NCBI GenBank assembly: GCA_014879835.1
Contig: JACSRJ010000153.1
Span: 1 to 59,422, forward strand
Length of the DNA: 59,422 nucleotides
Origin: Anaerolinea sp.
GTDB lineage: Bacteria; Chloroflexota; Anaerolineae; Aggregatilineales; UBA2796
Direction: 5' to 3'
Below the pieces are notes generated by a model. That model did no database searches. It saw nothing but the letters and a program-made list of their open reading frames with translations, and was not told the origin of the DNA. Shown here piece after piece: positions 28,104-38,304 of this stretch (position 1 is the first letter of the stretch; the number at the start of each line of letters is the position of its first letter). Both the position numbers and the translations under genes were made by a program.

Positions 28104-29156
28104 ATGTCCGTGCAAGCAGTTGAATCCAAACCATCCGGGGTTTCTATTTTCAGGGGAGACCGTGGATTCGTGCGGTTGGCGTTGGGGGCATCGGTGGTCA
28201 CTTTTTTGATGATCACCATCGGTGCGATCACCCGTGTGACCGAATCTGGATATGGATGCGGGCCGTACTGGCCTTCGTGCAATGGTCACCTCATTCCTGA
28301 ATTTCACGATATGACCGTGGTGTGGGAATTTGGGCACCGGGTTTTTGCCCTGATCGTTGGGGCGTTTTCGCTTTGGGTGACCGTCCGCGCTTGGCGTGAT
28401 TACCGCCGGGTTCCGCGCCTTTTTGTGCCCGCCATGATTGGGTTTTTGCTCTTTTTTGTGCAAAGTGGCTTAGGCGCGGTGACGGTTGCCCTCTACCGTG
28501 ACGCACCTGATCTCCAGTGGTTGAGTGTCCTCCTCCATCTGGGCAATTCGATGTTTTTGCTGGCCTGCTATCTGGTGGTGTGGGTGAATGCACGCAGCCT
28601 GACTGCGGGCGACTCCGTCTATGGATTATCACGGGGCAGTTCCGCCATGGTGATTCCCCCTCTGGAACTGCACTTGGGGACGATCCTCAGTTTTATGGTG
28701 GCGATGGTTGGTGCAGCCGTTGCGGGCACTAACGCAGCCAAGGCGTGTGTGGGGTATCCCCTGTGTGGGGGTGAGGTGTGGCCCACTGCACAAGGACCTT
28801 TGCAGTTATTGAATATGCTCCACCGCCTGATCGCGGGTAGTTTGGGGCTGATGCTGGTATTGATGACCTATCAAGTGATCACGTCTCGGACGGGACTTCA
28901 CCGCGTCATTCGTACCGCCTTGTTTACGGCAGGCGCGCTATATTTGGCTCAGGCATTTTTAGGCGCGCTTGTCGTTCTAGTCAATGATCGTGATTGGCTG
29001 GTTGTGTCCCGTTCGCTGCATGTGACTTTTGCAGCGGCGACATGGGCAGCAATGGTGACTGCGAGTACAGTTGGATGGCTACAAGTATCGCCGAACGTCG
29101 TCTCAAAGAAACAAACTCCCCTAACCGAAGCGCGCTCCGCGACTACCTCCAGTTAG
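28104..29156 (+). CDS. ctaA: heme A synthase
   Basis: GYGCGPYWPSCNG motif and polytopic His-containing helices. Confidence 0.85.
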   Translation: MSVQAVESKPSGVSIFRGDRGFVRLALGASVVTFLMITIGAITRVTESGYGCGPYWPSCNGHLIPEFHDMTVVWEFGHRVFALIVGAFSLWVTVRAWRDYRRVPRLFVPAMIGFLLFFVQSGLGAVTVALYRDAPDLQWLSVLLHLGNSMFLLACYLVVWVNARSLTAGDSVYGLSRGSSAMVIPPLELHLGTILSFMVAMVGAAVAGTNAAKACVGYPLCGGEVWPTAQGPLQLLNMLHRLIAGSLGLMLVLMTYQVITSRTGLHRVIRTALFTAGALYLAQAFLGALVVLVNDRDWLVVSRSLHVTFAAATWAAMVTASTVGWLQVSPNVVSKKQTPLTEARSATTSS

Positions 29157-29989
29157 CCAAGCCCCGTATCGTCATTCTGCTGGTGTTCACCACTGTCACT
29201 GCGATGGTGGTAGCGGCCCGCGGAACCACGATCCCGGCGCTTTCGGTGCTGGCAACGGTGGTAGGAGGTGCGCTTGCCTCTGGTGGCTCCAGCGCCGTAA
29301 ACCAGTATTTGGATCGGGACATGGATCAGCAAATGTCACGGACGCGCACCCGTCCCATTCCTTCGGGGCGGATCGCGCCGCTGAATGCGCTGATCTTTGG
29401 GATCGCCCTGATCGCTTCGTCAGTGGTGGTGCTGGGCCTTCTGGTGAACTGGCTTTCCGCCCTACTGGCCCTGACCGGTGCCCTGTATTATGTGATCGTT
29501 TATACGATCTTGCTCAAACGGAACACGGTGCTGAACATCCTAATTGGCGGTGGTGCAGGGGCGATCCCGGTGTTGGTAGGATGGGCCGCCGTCACAGGCA
29601 CCCTTGAAGCGGGCAGCCTAATTCTCTTTGCCATTGTGTTTTACTGGACTCCGCCTCACAGTTGGGCGCTGGCCCTGCTGGTGAACACGGACTATGCCCG
29701 CGCCAATGTCCCCATGATGCCTGTGGCACGGGGTGAAGAAGCGGCCCGGGTTCAGATTCTGTTGTACGCCGTGCAGCTCGTTGCCCTTACCCTACTGCCT
29801 TTGCCCTTTCGTATTCTGGGTGGGTTTTACCTGCTCAGCGCAGCGCTCTTGGGGGCCGGTATGCTCTGGGAATCGTGGCGTTTGCTGCGCGAAAAAACCG
29901 GGGCCGCCGCCCGTCGTACCTACAAATACTCAACCTTCTATCTAGCCCTGTTGTTCTTGGCAATGATCATTGATGTGGTCATCTTTTAG
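29075..29989 (+). CDS. ctaB: protoheme IX farnesyltransferase (heme O synthase)
   Basis: YLQLAKPRIVILLV UbiA-family N-terminus and polytopic helices. Start at the internal Met, overlapping ctaA by 82 nt in another frame. Confidence 0.8.
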   Translation: MATSIAERRLKETNSPNRSALRDYLQLAKPRIVILLVFTTVTAMVVAARGTTIPALSVLATVVGGALASGGSSAVNQYLDRDMDQQMSRTRTRPIPSGRIAPLNALIFGIALIASSVVVLGLLVNWLSALLALTGALYYVIVYTILLKRNTVLNILIGGGAGAIPVLVGWAAVTGTLEAGSLILFAIVFYWTPPHSWALALLVNTDYARANVPMMPVARGEEAARVQILLYAVQLVALTLLPLPFRILGGFYLLSAALLGAGMLWESWRLLREKTGAAARRTYKYSTFYLALLFLAMIIDVVIF

Positions 29990-30018
29990 CCCTTTACCCT
30001 TAAGGTGAACTGAGACTC

Positions 30019-30498
30019 ATGGCTCAATCAGGTAATCCCACCACTGCCCGTTTGTCTGGCTTGGTGATCGGCGTTGGGGCAGTGCTGATCATCGGCTTTT
30101 TTGTGCTTGCCCTTTCCACCTTCGCGGGGCTGCCTCCACTGAAATCCTTACTCACCCCGCACGCGGTTTTGAGTGCGCCTGAATTTGCCGCCGCCGTAGA
30201 AGTGGCCGTCCAGTCGGCGGATCCGGCACGGGGCGAACGGCTCTATTCCCAGTATGCCTGTTCCGCCTGCCACTTGCCCGAAAGTATGGGCACTGCGCCG
30301 ATGATCAAAGGCATGGGTGAACGAGCCGCTGGACGACGCCCCAACTACAGCGCCGCCGCTTATTTGTATGAATCGATTGTTGATCCCAATGCCTTTGTGG
30401 TTCCTGATTACCCCGCAGGGGTGATGATCCAGAACTTTAAAGAGACCATGCCCGAACGTGATGCCTACGATCTGGTGGCATGGATGCTCAAACAATAA
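30019..30498 (+). CDS. membrane-anchored class I cytochrome c
   Basis: N-terminal TM helix. CSACH heme-binding motif. Confidence 0.75.
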   Translation: MAQSGNPTTARLSGLVIGVGAVLIIGFFVLALSTFAGLPPLKSLLTPHAVLSAPEFAAAVEVAVQSADPARGERLYSQYACSACHLPESMGTAPMIKGMGERAAGRRPNYSAAAYLYESIVDPNAFVVPDYPAGVMIQNFKETMPERDAYDLVAWMLKQ

Positions 30499-30559
30499 AC
30501 AGGCTGTGGGACTCTCCTGTGGAGAGTCCTGTTTGACAGCCCCAATAAGGATTTACGCA

Positions 30560-31576
30560 ATGAAAGTGCTTATTATTGGCGGGACTGGCTTAATTAGCAC
30601 GGCGATCTCACGTCAGCTCTTGGCAAAAGATGTGTCACTAACCCTTTTTAATCGAGGGCAGAGCGCCATTCGTTTTCCAGAAGGGGCAGTGAAGATCATC
30701 AACGGGGATCGTAATCAGCACAGTGCTTTTGAGGCGCAGATGCAGCAGGGGGAATCCTTTGACTGCGTGATCGATATGATCTGTTATACCCCGGAACAAG
30801 CTCACAGCGCCGTGCGTGCCTTTCAGGGGCGCACTCAGCAGTTCATCTTTTGCAGCACTGTGGATGTTTACAGCAAGCCCGCTCATCGTTACCCCATCCG
30901 TGAGGATGAACCTCGTATGAGCGCCAGCAGTTATGGGCAGAACAAAATCCAATGCGAGGATGTGTTCATGGAAGCCCATATGCGGGAGGACTTTGCGGTG
31001 ACCCTCATCCGCCCCGCCATGACTTACGGCGAAGGCGGTGGGATCGTGGATACATGGGGCTGGAGTACCCGCATCTTCGACCGCCTCCTTAAGGGCAAGC
31101 CGATTCTAGTGCATGGCGATGGTACAGCATTGTGGTGCGCCTGCCATGTGGACGATGTGGCCCCGGCCTTCGTGAATGCCATCAGTGCCAACGCCTACGG
31201 CAAAGCCTATCATGTGACTGGTGAGGAGTGGATGCCTTGGAATCACTACTATCAGGCCGCTGCTGCCGCAGTGGATGCGCCTTCACCCACCTTTGTCCAT
31301 GTGCCCAGCCATGTGATCGCCCATCTGGCTCCAGAGCGGTCGATTCCCCTTGTGACCAATTTTCAGGGGGTGAGTATTTACGATAACAGCGCAGCCCGAA
31401 CTGATCTGGGGTTTAGCTATACAATCTCATGGATCGATGGGGTGCGCCGCACTTATCAATGGCTGCTTGATCATCACCGGATTGAAAACAGCGATGAGGA
31501 TCCGCTGGACGATCAGATTATCCAAGCGTGGGAAGCGGCAGAAGCCGATCTGGTGCGCGCCTTCCAATCACGGTGA
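30560..31576 (+). CDS. NAD-dependent epimerase/dehydratase
   Basis: MKVLIIGGTGLIS Rossmann motif at the internal start. Confidence 0.8.
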   Translation: MKVLIIGGTGLISTAISRQLLAKDVSLTLFNRGQSAIRFPEGAVKIINGDRNQHSAFEAQMQQGESFDCVIDMICYTPEQAHSAVRAFQGRTQQFIFCSTVDVYSKPAHRYPIREDEPRMSASSYGQNKIQCEDVFMEAHMREDFAVTLIRPAMTYGEGGGIVDTWGWSTRIFDRLLKGKPILVHGDGTALWCACHVDDVAPAFVNAISANAYGKAYHVTGEEWMPWNHYYQAAAAAVDAPSPTFVHVPSHVIAHLAPERSIPLVTNFQGVSIYDNSAARTDLGFSYTISWIDGVRRTYQWLLDHHRIENSDEDPLDDQIIQAWEAAEADLVRAFQSR

Positions 31577-31624
31577 GTGATCTCGCTACGAGGTTGTTGC
31601 CCTTCTCCGGAAATTGGGTTGTGG

Positions 31625-31992
31625 GGGCGACAGTAGGTTTGCCCTCATCCCCCCTTCTCCAAGCTGGAGAAGTGGGGAATCAGATTCTTGAGGGGTAAAC
31701 CCCTCAGACTCCCCAAGTTGTGGGGGACGCCCCCACAAAATAAATCCCCCTTCTGTCCCACATCGTGAGAGAGCAGGAACCGCGCAGCGGTCGAGGGGGA
31801 TGAGATGGCTATCATCCCCCCATAACTTACAGCGTTATCCTAAAAGATTGACCTGCTATTTTCAATCTTACCCTCATCCCCCTGTGCCCACGACCGCTGC
31901 GCGGTGCCCGCCCGCACGCGGGAGAAGGGGGAAGGCTTCTTTTGAGGGGCTTCCCCTCAATCTCCCCGCTAATAGCTCAAACTTCAAGGAAA
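31625..31992. repeat. Nested-palindrome intergenic repeat, copy B (with an internal inverted duplication)
   Basis: Near-identical to copy A over the three-hairpin block. Contains AACCGCGCAGCGGTCG and its reverse complement CGACCGCTGCGCGGT. Confidence 0.6.
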
Positions 31993-32057
31993 CCGCAATA
32001 ACTGTTGTCCCTTCAGTCCCGAAAATGAGGGCAGGGGTTAGGGATCAAACAGCCCTT

Positions 32058-32834
32058 TCAGCCGGCCCCAAAACCATAACTGAAAGCCGCCGCCAGTACA
32101 AAAAACACCCCAAACGCTGCTCGCGTCAGGATTGCGGCGCGGGCAGATTGATAGTATGCCCGGAAGGAAAGCATCACCACCCCCATCAACAACGGCTGTA
32201 TAACCGCGTACCACTGCCCTTGTGTGGGTGCAAGAAGCAGGTTAACCACCATATAGATGATCGCCCCAACAAGGATCGCAGCCCGGTTGTCTTTTAAGCG
32301 ATGGCTCAAAGCAGGATAAAGCAGGCCACCAAAGACCAATCCTTCGGCAAGGGGGAGCAGGATCACCCCATAGACCGCGGCCAACAGCCACGCCAACACA
32401 GTTCCCTCGCGCAGTCCTTCTAGCGCTGGCGGGACGATTTGTCCTCCCTTTAGGCGCAGTACTGCACCCAAGAGATCAATACTCCACGCAAAGCCCAGAC
32501 TGAACAAAACAATGCCCAATAGCGTATTGCGCCCTGCGGGTTGATCAAGGCGGAGCGCCTCCATCCAACCTTGAGGATGGCGCGCACGGCTGAAGCGGAT
32601 AACCCCGATGGTGATCACCGCAGCGCTGATCAATCCACTAAGGGTAAGGGTGCGGACTGAGAGCGCCGCTTGGTTGATCTCCCCGCTGATCACACTGGTC
32701 ACGGAGATCGCCGCAATCCACAGCACGATATATGCACCCACCGCAATGAGTGCATGAAGCAGAGTCCAAAAAGGGGGCGGTTCACTGGCCTGAAGGTGCC
32801 CCATCAGTGATGGTCGTCGTTTTGATTGAGTCAT
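32058..32834 (-). CDS. CPBP-family intramembrane metalloprotease (CAAX protease-like)
   Basis: PLAEGLVFGG (EExxxR-like) motif and polytopic helices. Start chosen at Met23. Confidence 0.6.
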   Translation of the reverse strand: MTQSKRRPSLMGHLQASEPPPFWTLLHALIAVGAYIVLWIAAISVTSVISGEINQAALSVRTLTLSGLISAAVITIGVIRFSRARHPQGWMEALRLDQPAGRNTLLGIVLFSLGFAWSIDLLGAVLRLKGGQIVPPALEGLREGTVLAWLLAAVYGVILLPLAEGLVFGGLLYPALSHRLKDNRAAILVGAIIYMVVNLLLAPTQGQWYAVIQPLLMGVVMLSFRAYYQSARAAILTRAAFGVFFVLAAAFSYGFGAG

Positions 32835-32996
32835 GCTGCAGAATGTACTTCGTTCCCGCTGGGACTGCAAGCATCGTACACGCCATGACGCGCAAAACAT
32901 AGAGAAGTATTAGATTCCTTTGCGCTTGGCGTGGTTTTTCCTATGATTATCAGGTGCAGAATGGTACAGGGATACGGAATCGAGGACACGTTTCAC

Positions 32997-33476
32997 ATGG
33001 AAACCAGCAGCGATATTGCCCGTCGGATGTGGGAAGAAGGTTATCAACTTCAGGTTTCGGGTGAGATTGAAGACGCGATTCAGCTTTATCAGGCGTCGAT
33101 CAGTTTCTTCCCCACCGCGGAAGCGCACACTTATCTTGGGTGGGCGTACAGCCTCAAAGGGCGTTTTGAAGAGGCGATCACCGAATGCAAAAATGCGATT
33201 CAGCTTGACCCGCAGTTTGGGACCCCTTATAACCATATTGGGGCCTACCTAATCGCCATGAATCGCCCCGACGAAGCGGTTGAGTGGTTAAAGCGTGCAT
33301 CACAGGCACAGCGCCAAGACAACGAGGCCACACCTTACATGAATTTGGCGCGGGCTTACCTCAAGTTGGGCAAAACCTTCCCCGCGCTTCATGCACTGCG
33401 TAAGGCCTTTCGACTCAACCCCGGTTATCTCCCCGCGATCAATGCCTACTATGAACTTTTGGGCAGACTGAACTGA
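32997..33476 (+). CDS. TPR-repeat protein
   Basis: Repeated AxxYxxLGxAY-type TPR motifs. Confidence 0.6.
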   Translation: METSSDIARRMWEEGYQLQVSGEIEDAIQLYQASISFFPTAEAHTYLGWAYSLKGRFEEAITECKNAIQLDPQFGTPYNHIGAYLIAMNRPDEAVEWLKRASQAQRQDNEATPYMNLARAYLKLGKTFPALHALRKAFRLNPGYLPAINAYYELLGRLN

Positions 33477-33487
33477 GTTCATCTTGC

Positions 33488-33600
33488 GCGCCCCTTCTGC
33501 CCACATTGTGGGAGAGAAGGGACGTGCTTTACAACCCCCAGATCGAGGCATTTGAGGGGTTTACCCCTCGGAATCTCTATCCCCTCTTCGCCCGCGTGCG
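33488..33600. repeat. Partial copy C of the repeat family
   Basis: CCCCTTCTGCCCACATTGTGGGAGAGAAGGG resembles the internal segment of copy B. GAGGGGTTTACCCCTC hairpin. Confidence 0.45.
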
Positions 33601-33619
33601 GGTGCAGGAGGATGAAGGT

Positions 33620-34051
33620 TCAAGGTGCACTGGCTGCCCTGACCAGTGCTGGACGAATCCGGGGTAGGGCGTGGATCGCAAAGAAGAATACCCCTAACGT
33701 TTGAAGGAGCAGTCCGGGTGCAAAAAGGCTTTGTACTTCGGGAACCCACAGGCTGAGGATTGTGCCCAAGGTCAGAAGCAGACCCAACTGAAAAGCGACG
33801 AATCCCCCCCATGCCCACCCCTGACGTCCTCGATCCGAGAGGTGAATACGGGGCAGAATCCAGTATGCAACTCCCATGCTTAACTGGATCAGCCAACCAT
33901 TCAGCAGGAATACAATATGGGTGGGAAGCCAAAGCCAAAAACGAGCATCCGCGCCGCCGCCTTTGGCCGCAAGGATAAAGCCCCCCAAGGTGAACCCGAT
34001 CCCCAGATAAATCAGCGCCGAACGGACAAAATAACGGCTGAGAGTAGGCAT
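33620..34051 (-). CDS. 4-TM membrane protein, tandem paralog 2
   Basis: Begins MPTLSRYFVRSALIYLGIGF, paralogous to the upstream gene. Confidence 0.5.
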   Translation of the reverse strand: MPTLSRYFVRSALIYLGIGFTLGGFILAAKGGGADARFWLWLPTHIVFLLNGWLIQLSMGVAYWILPRIHLSDRGRQGWAWGGFVAFQLGLLLTLGTILSLWVPEVQSLFAPGLLLQTLGVFFFAIHALPRIRPALVRAASAP

Positions 34052-34052
34052 C

Positions 34053-34490
34053 TTATGCGCCTCCTGTGCCCGCCCGCGCCCGAACGCGGGGCCAACACAC
34101 AAGGATCAACAAATAACCTGCGACAACCTGTAAGAGTGCCGACAGCACCAGCCCCATCCCGTTCAGATCATTAGGGGTTACAGATCGCCACGGTTCACAG
34201 CCAATGCGCAGCAGCAGCCCGGCATTCAGCAGCCCAAAGACTGCCCACGCTAAACGAGGGTCACCACGCATGTTATCCTTGCGGATGATCGGAAACATCC
34301 AGTAGATGACCCCAAAAATCAATTGAGTCAGCCAGCCGACGACCAAAATATGGATGTATGTGGGGTTAAGACTGCTCAGGATAGGGGAGAGCGACCACTG
34401 CGCATTGGCCCAGTAAAGTGCCCCCGCGGCCAGCCCTACCAAAAGGTAGATCATTGCGGCCCGAATCGTCCATCGGGTCAAAGTTGGCAT
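34053..34490 (-). CDS. 4-TM membrane protein, tandem paralog 1
   Basis: Begins MPTLTRWTIRAAMIYLLVGL. The two genes abut with a 1-nt gap. Confidence 0.5.
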   Translation of the reverse strand: MPTLTRWTIRAAMIYLLVGLAAGALYWANAQWSLSPILSSLNPTYIHILVVGWLTQLIFGVIYWMFPIIRKDNMRGDPRLAWAVFGLLNAGLLLRIGCEPWRSVTPNDLNGMGLVLSALLQVVAGYLLILVCWPRVRARAGTGGA

Positions 34491-34564
34491 GATAAAACCT
34501 CATCCAATGTTTACCGCAAGTGTATCACTGCAACGAGCTTTTAACTGCCCACCAACATGGACGA

Positions 34565-35074
34565 TCAGCGCTGCTGCCAGCGTTCCACCAGAATCTGTGT
34601 ACTGCGAAACGCCAGCGGAGGCAGTTCCGCGGCTGTGAACCAGCAGGCATCTTCAGCATCATCACGAGCGCACAATGCCCCGCCCTGCACTGCTGCTCCA
34701 TAGAGGATCACAATATTGCCGGAGTCGAACAATACATCGATCAAATGGGAGATCGTGACGATCAGACCCGTTTCCTCTTCGGTCTCGCGGATGGCAGCGG
34801 TGGCAGGCGCTTCCCCCCGATCCACATAACCGGCAGGCAGGGCCCATTTACCCTTTTCAGGGTCATTGGCCCGCTTTACCAAGAGGATTTTGCCTTGATC
34901 TTCCACAAACACAGCGACCGCTACTTTGGGGTCTTCAAAGTGAATATAGTGGCACTGATCACAGTAGGGGCGCATCTTCCCAAACTTTAGGGCCTGATCA
35001 ATGGGCGCACCACACAGCGGGCAAAAGCGGATCGAACCGGGATTCAGATTCATCAAGTGCGCGACCTTAACCAC
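34565..35074 (-). CDS. NUDIX hydrolase with an N-terminal zinc ribbon
   Basis: CPLCG...CDQCH zinc ribbon. NUDIX box GYVDRGEAPATAAIRETEEETG. Confidence 0.75.
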   Translation of the reverse strand: MVKVAHLMNLNPGSIRFCPLCGAPIDQALKFGKMRPYCDQCHYIHFEDPKVAVAVFVEDQGKILLVKRANDPEKGKWALPAGYVDRGEAPATAAIRETEEETGLIVTISHLIDVLFDSGNIVILYGAAVQGGALCARDDAEDACWFTAAELPPLAFRSTQILVERWQQR

Positions 35075-36102
35075 ATAATCAGCAAGGTCACGAGGGAGAT
35101 CAGGCCTAAAGCAAGCCCCGCCACCACCAGCAGTCTTGCCGTCGGGTTAATGTCCTCCCCAAGGGCCCGCCTGAGCATCAGATCAGATTCCTCGGAAGGT
35201 GTAGCGGTGGGTATCGAGGGCGGAGTCACCGAAGCAATTAGCGCTTCCGTGGTGGCCGCGGGTCGCTCTGAAGGTGACACCGCAGGCGGTTGGGCGGGTG
35301 CAGCAGTGCGCGCTGGCGCCTGAGTCGGTAAAGGCTGAGGCGAAGGGCTGGGTTGGGACTTCTCCGCTCGGGGTGATGCAGTCACCAATAGTGCGTCCGC
35401 AGCCCCTGCACCGGGCGCTTCCTCGGAGGCTGCGGCTGATTCCAGAATCGGCGCGGGCGCGCTGATCGTGGCGGCGCTGCCCCCTTCATCGCCCCCAGCG
35501 AAGGCCCTGACGCTGGTTGAGACCGGTGAAGGGGTGCTGGTGGGCGTTGGGAAGGCTGCGATCATCCCTGCGGCTGGTGCCGTCATCGTGAGTTTCAACT
35601 CGTTTTCGCTTGCACCAGTGGCTGTGGGCAGGGCAGTTGGCGTGTTCCCTTCGCCAGTACCTTTGTCGCTTCGGGTGAGGGCGGGAATCGGAGTCGCTTG
35701 TACGGCCGCCGAAGTGTACTGAGGCGAGGCACTGCTGATCATCTGTGGTGCGAATCCAGTTCGACTCATCAGAAGCCCAAAAAGGATCATAAAGGTCGCG
35801 GCGGCGCTGCCCACCATGGCCACAGCACGCATGGTGCCATAACGGGCCCAATAGGGAATACTCCGCCTGTATTTGGCCGGGTCAAGACGGAATGAGCGAG
35901 GGATTGCCACTTCTGGTACAGCCCGGAGTACCGCAACCGTTCGGCGCAACTGTTCAAGCGCATCCTGAAGGGCGGGTTCTGCGTTTAGGCGAGCCTCCAG
36001 CGCAGCCCGATCCCCAGCGGGGAGCTGATCATCTAGATATGCCGAGAGCAGATCAGCGTCTGGTGGTGGTATAGAGTGCAGGGAGGGGCGTGGGGTAGTC
36101 AT
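35053..36102 (-). CDS. anti-sigma factor (membrane-spanning, Pro/Ala-rich C-terminus)
   Basis: ATGA start/stop overlap with the sigma gene. N-terminal anti-sigma-like region and one TM helix. Confidence 0.6.
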   Translation of the reverse strand: MTTPRPSLHSIPPPDADLLSAYLDDQLPAGDRAALEARLNAEPALQDALEQLRRTVAVLRAVPEVAIPRSFRLDPAKYRRSIPYWARYGTMRAVAMVGSAAATFMILFGLLMSRTGFAPQMISSASPQYTSAAVQATPIPALTRSDKGTGEGNTPTALPTATGASENELKLTMTAPAAGMIAAFPTPTSTPSPVSTSVRAFAGGDEGGSAATISAPAPILESAAASEEAPGAGAADALLVTASPRAEKSQPSPSPQPLPTQAPARTAAPAQPPAVSPSERPAATTEALIASVTPPSIPTATPSEESDLMLRRALGEDINPTARLLVVAGLALGLISLVTLLIMWLRSRT

Positions 36103-36728
36103 TCCTCGTCGTCTTTCGTCGTGCCTTGATCTTTGAGACGATAAATATCTGGTAAAAGTTCCCCAAAACCCTGTAAGCAATCCCTCAGTTTTTGTCTGGC
36201 TCGGCTTAACCGTGACTTCACGGTGCCTAAGGAAGTGTGCACGATCTCAGCCGCCTCACGGTAATCATAACCCTGTACATCGGTCAAGACAGCCACTGTG
36301 CGGTATTCAAGACTGAGCTTATCAAGACAATGCTGAACCGCATCACTCAGCGCATGACGTAAGGCGATTTGTTCAGGATCATCCTCTGGGTTGGTTGCAA
36401 AGTCGATCTCCCCGTCGCGTTCTTCCGCCAGTTCATCAGCGGAAACGGTGGGACGGCGTTTCTGCTTCCGCATCTCATCATAGGTGGCGTTGGCCACAAT
36501 CTGCATCAGCCATGCTCGAAAGTTCCCGCCGCGAAAGCTGTGTAGATGGTTAAAAGCGGAGATAAAGGCTTCCTGAGTCGCATCTGCCGCAGCATGTTTA
36601 TCACCGATGAGGCGGTAGGCGAGGTTATAGGCGCGGCTCTGATGCATCTCCACCAGATCGTTAAAGGCTTCCACGCTACCCCGGCGGGCAGCTTCGATCA
36701 GCGCCAATTCTTCGCTTTCGCCGTTCAC
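36099..36728 (-). CDS. ECF-subfamily RNA polymerase sigma-70 factor
   Basis: Sigma-70 region 2 and region 4 motifs. Confidence 0.85.
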   Translation of the reverse strand: MNGESEELALIEAARRGSVEAFNDLVEMHQSRAYNLAYRLIGDKHAAADATQEAFISAFNHLHSFRGGNFRAWLMQIVANATYDEMRKQKRRPTVSADELAEERDGEIDFATNPEDDPEQIALRHALSDAVQHCLDKLSLEYRTVAVLTDVQGYDYREAAEIVHTSLGTVKSRLSRARQKLRDCLQGFGELLPDIYRLKDQGTTKDDEE

Positions 36729-36783
36729 TCACTCCGCCCTTCTTGCCGTCCTTAGGCGTGGGAATTGTAACACTGCTTCGCGC

Positions 36784-37110
36784 TTAGCGCCCTTGTGCCC
36801 CCGGTTGTTCAACTCCGATCTGGGCACTTTGGGCAATCTCGGCAGGATCAAAGGGACGGCTTAGAGCAGCAGTGAGAATCTTCACTTCAACCCCCTCAGC
36901 GATCTTGATGTGGGCGATACCTTGCCCTGCTTCCATCCGGGTGATCGTGCCAATCATTCCCCCGGCGGTGATCACCTCGTCGCCTACCTTCATGGTCTGT
37001 ACATATTTGTTATGCTGGCGAAACAGGCGCTGCCGAGGCAGGATGACAAAGGAATAATATGCGGTCATCAGGACAAGCAGCACAAACGAAAAACCGATGA
37101 ACTCACCCAT
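36784..37110 (-). CDS. yajC: preprotein translocase subunit YajC
   Basis: 108 aa with N-terminal TM helix and conserved VGDEVITAGGMIGTI core. Confidence 0.85.
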   Translation of the reverse strand: MGEFIGFSFVLLVLMTAYYSFVILPRQRLFRQHNKYVQTMKVGDEVITAGGMIGTITRMEAGQGIAHIKIAEGVEVKILTAALSRPFDPAEIAQSAQIGVEQPGAQGR

Positions 37111-37293
37111 TTTTGAGCGTTTATCTCCTGACCCTTTAAAGGGTAATCAGCAATCTTTGGGAATGCTACTTTCGCAAATACCCATTATAAAGTTTTGAGG
37201 CGCTGAATCCCATGCTCAATTGAACAGGTCAAAAGGGAGCAAATTGGGTTATACTTGGTTTGATCGAACGCTCGTTCTTGATTCCTAAGACAG

Positions 37294-38304
37294 ATGATTG
37301 AAGCCATGACCGAACTGATCCCCTATCAAGCGCCATCCGCCGGGCTGCCTGAGCTCGAAACGGTGAATGTATATGTCGCCATGGCCGGGCTTTCGGCCCA
37401 TACGCAGCGCGCCTATCGACGCTGGATCAAGACCTACCTCAGCACGGTGAATCAGATCGATCCTCAGAGCATCAACCTGAAAGCGCTCAATGTTGAGGCT
37501 GCCAGCGCCTCGCTTGCGCCGGCCCCGCTCAAAGCATGGTTAGGACAGTTAAAAGCAAGAAGCTTGGGCAAACAGTCGATCATGCAGGCCAAAGCTTCAG
37601 TGGTCTGGTTAGCCCAGTTCATGGCTGATCTGGGTCGGGTGGAGTACTCGGTTGCCAGTGGGCTAAGTCGGGTCAAAGCCCCCCGTGCGGAATCGGGACA
37701 GCGCACGGGCACATGGCTTACCCAAGATGAAATTCGTGCCCTGATCAGTGCCGTAAGAAGCATTGATACGGGCAGTGAAGCCCTTCGCACACGCAATGTG
37801 GCCATTATTGTGCTGATGGTCACCTGTGGGCTGCGCCGTGACGAGATTGCAGCGGCCCAGTGGTGTGATCTGAGCAAACAGGGCCGTAATCAGGTGCTGC
37901 GGGTGCATGGAAAAGGCGAAAAACTGCGGGTGGTGAAGCTCCCTGAGATGACACTGCTCATGATCAATGCATGGCGCAAGTTCCACCCTCTGCCCGAAGG
38001 TGAACGTGCATTGTTCTCACGGGTGCGGCGAAATGGGGATGTGATCACCGATGGAATTACGGACCGCTCCATTTGGATCGTGGTGCAGCGGGCCGCAAAA
38101 GCCGCCGGTTTTGATCGCATTTCTCCCCATGACTTACGGCGCTCTTTCGCCAGAGGGGCCTATGAGGCAGGGGTCTCTTTTGAGTTGATTCGACAGGCGC
38201 TGGGGCACTCCAATATTGCCACGACTGAACGTTATGTGAACTCAGTGTTGGAACTAGACAAAGCGGCCACGGATATTTGGGCTGGCATCCTCGACAAGGA
38301 CTAG
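37294..38304 (+). CDS. tyrosine-type site-specific recombinase/integrase
   Basis: Catalytic R...HDLRRSFA...LGHSNIATTERY motifs (R-H-R-Y). Confidence 0.8.
   Translation: MIEAMTELIPYQAPSAGLPELETVNVYVAMAGLSAHTQRAYRRWIKTYLSTVNQIDPQSINLKALNVEAASASLAPAPLKAWLGQLKARSLGKQSIMQAKASVVWLAQFMADLGRVEYSVASGLSRVKAPRAESGQRTGTWLTQDEIRALISAVRSIDTGSEALRTRNVAIIVLMVTCGLRRDEIAAAQWCDLSKQGRNQVLRVHGKGEKLRVVKLPEMTLLMINAWRKFHPLPEGERALFSRVRRNGDVITDGITDRSIWIVVQRAAKAAGFDRISPHDLRRSFARGAYEAGVSFELIRQALGHSNIATTERYVNSVLELDKAATDIWAGILDKD

Noticed and set aside
30499-30543. Imperfect hairpin (AAACAGG...GGACTCTCC-TGT-GGAGAGTCC-TGTTT) after the cytochrome c gene, considered as a terminator
   Set aside because: It is bulged and lacks a U-tract. 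It may be an attenuator or RNA stability element, but the evidence is too weak to call.
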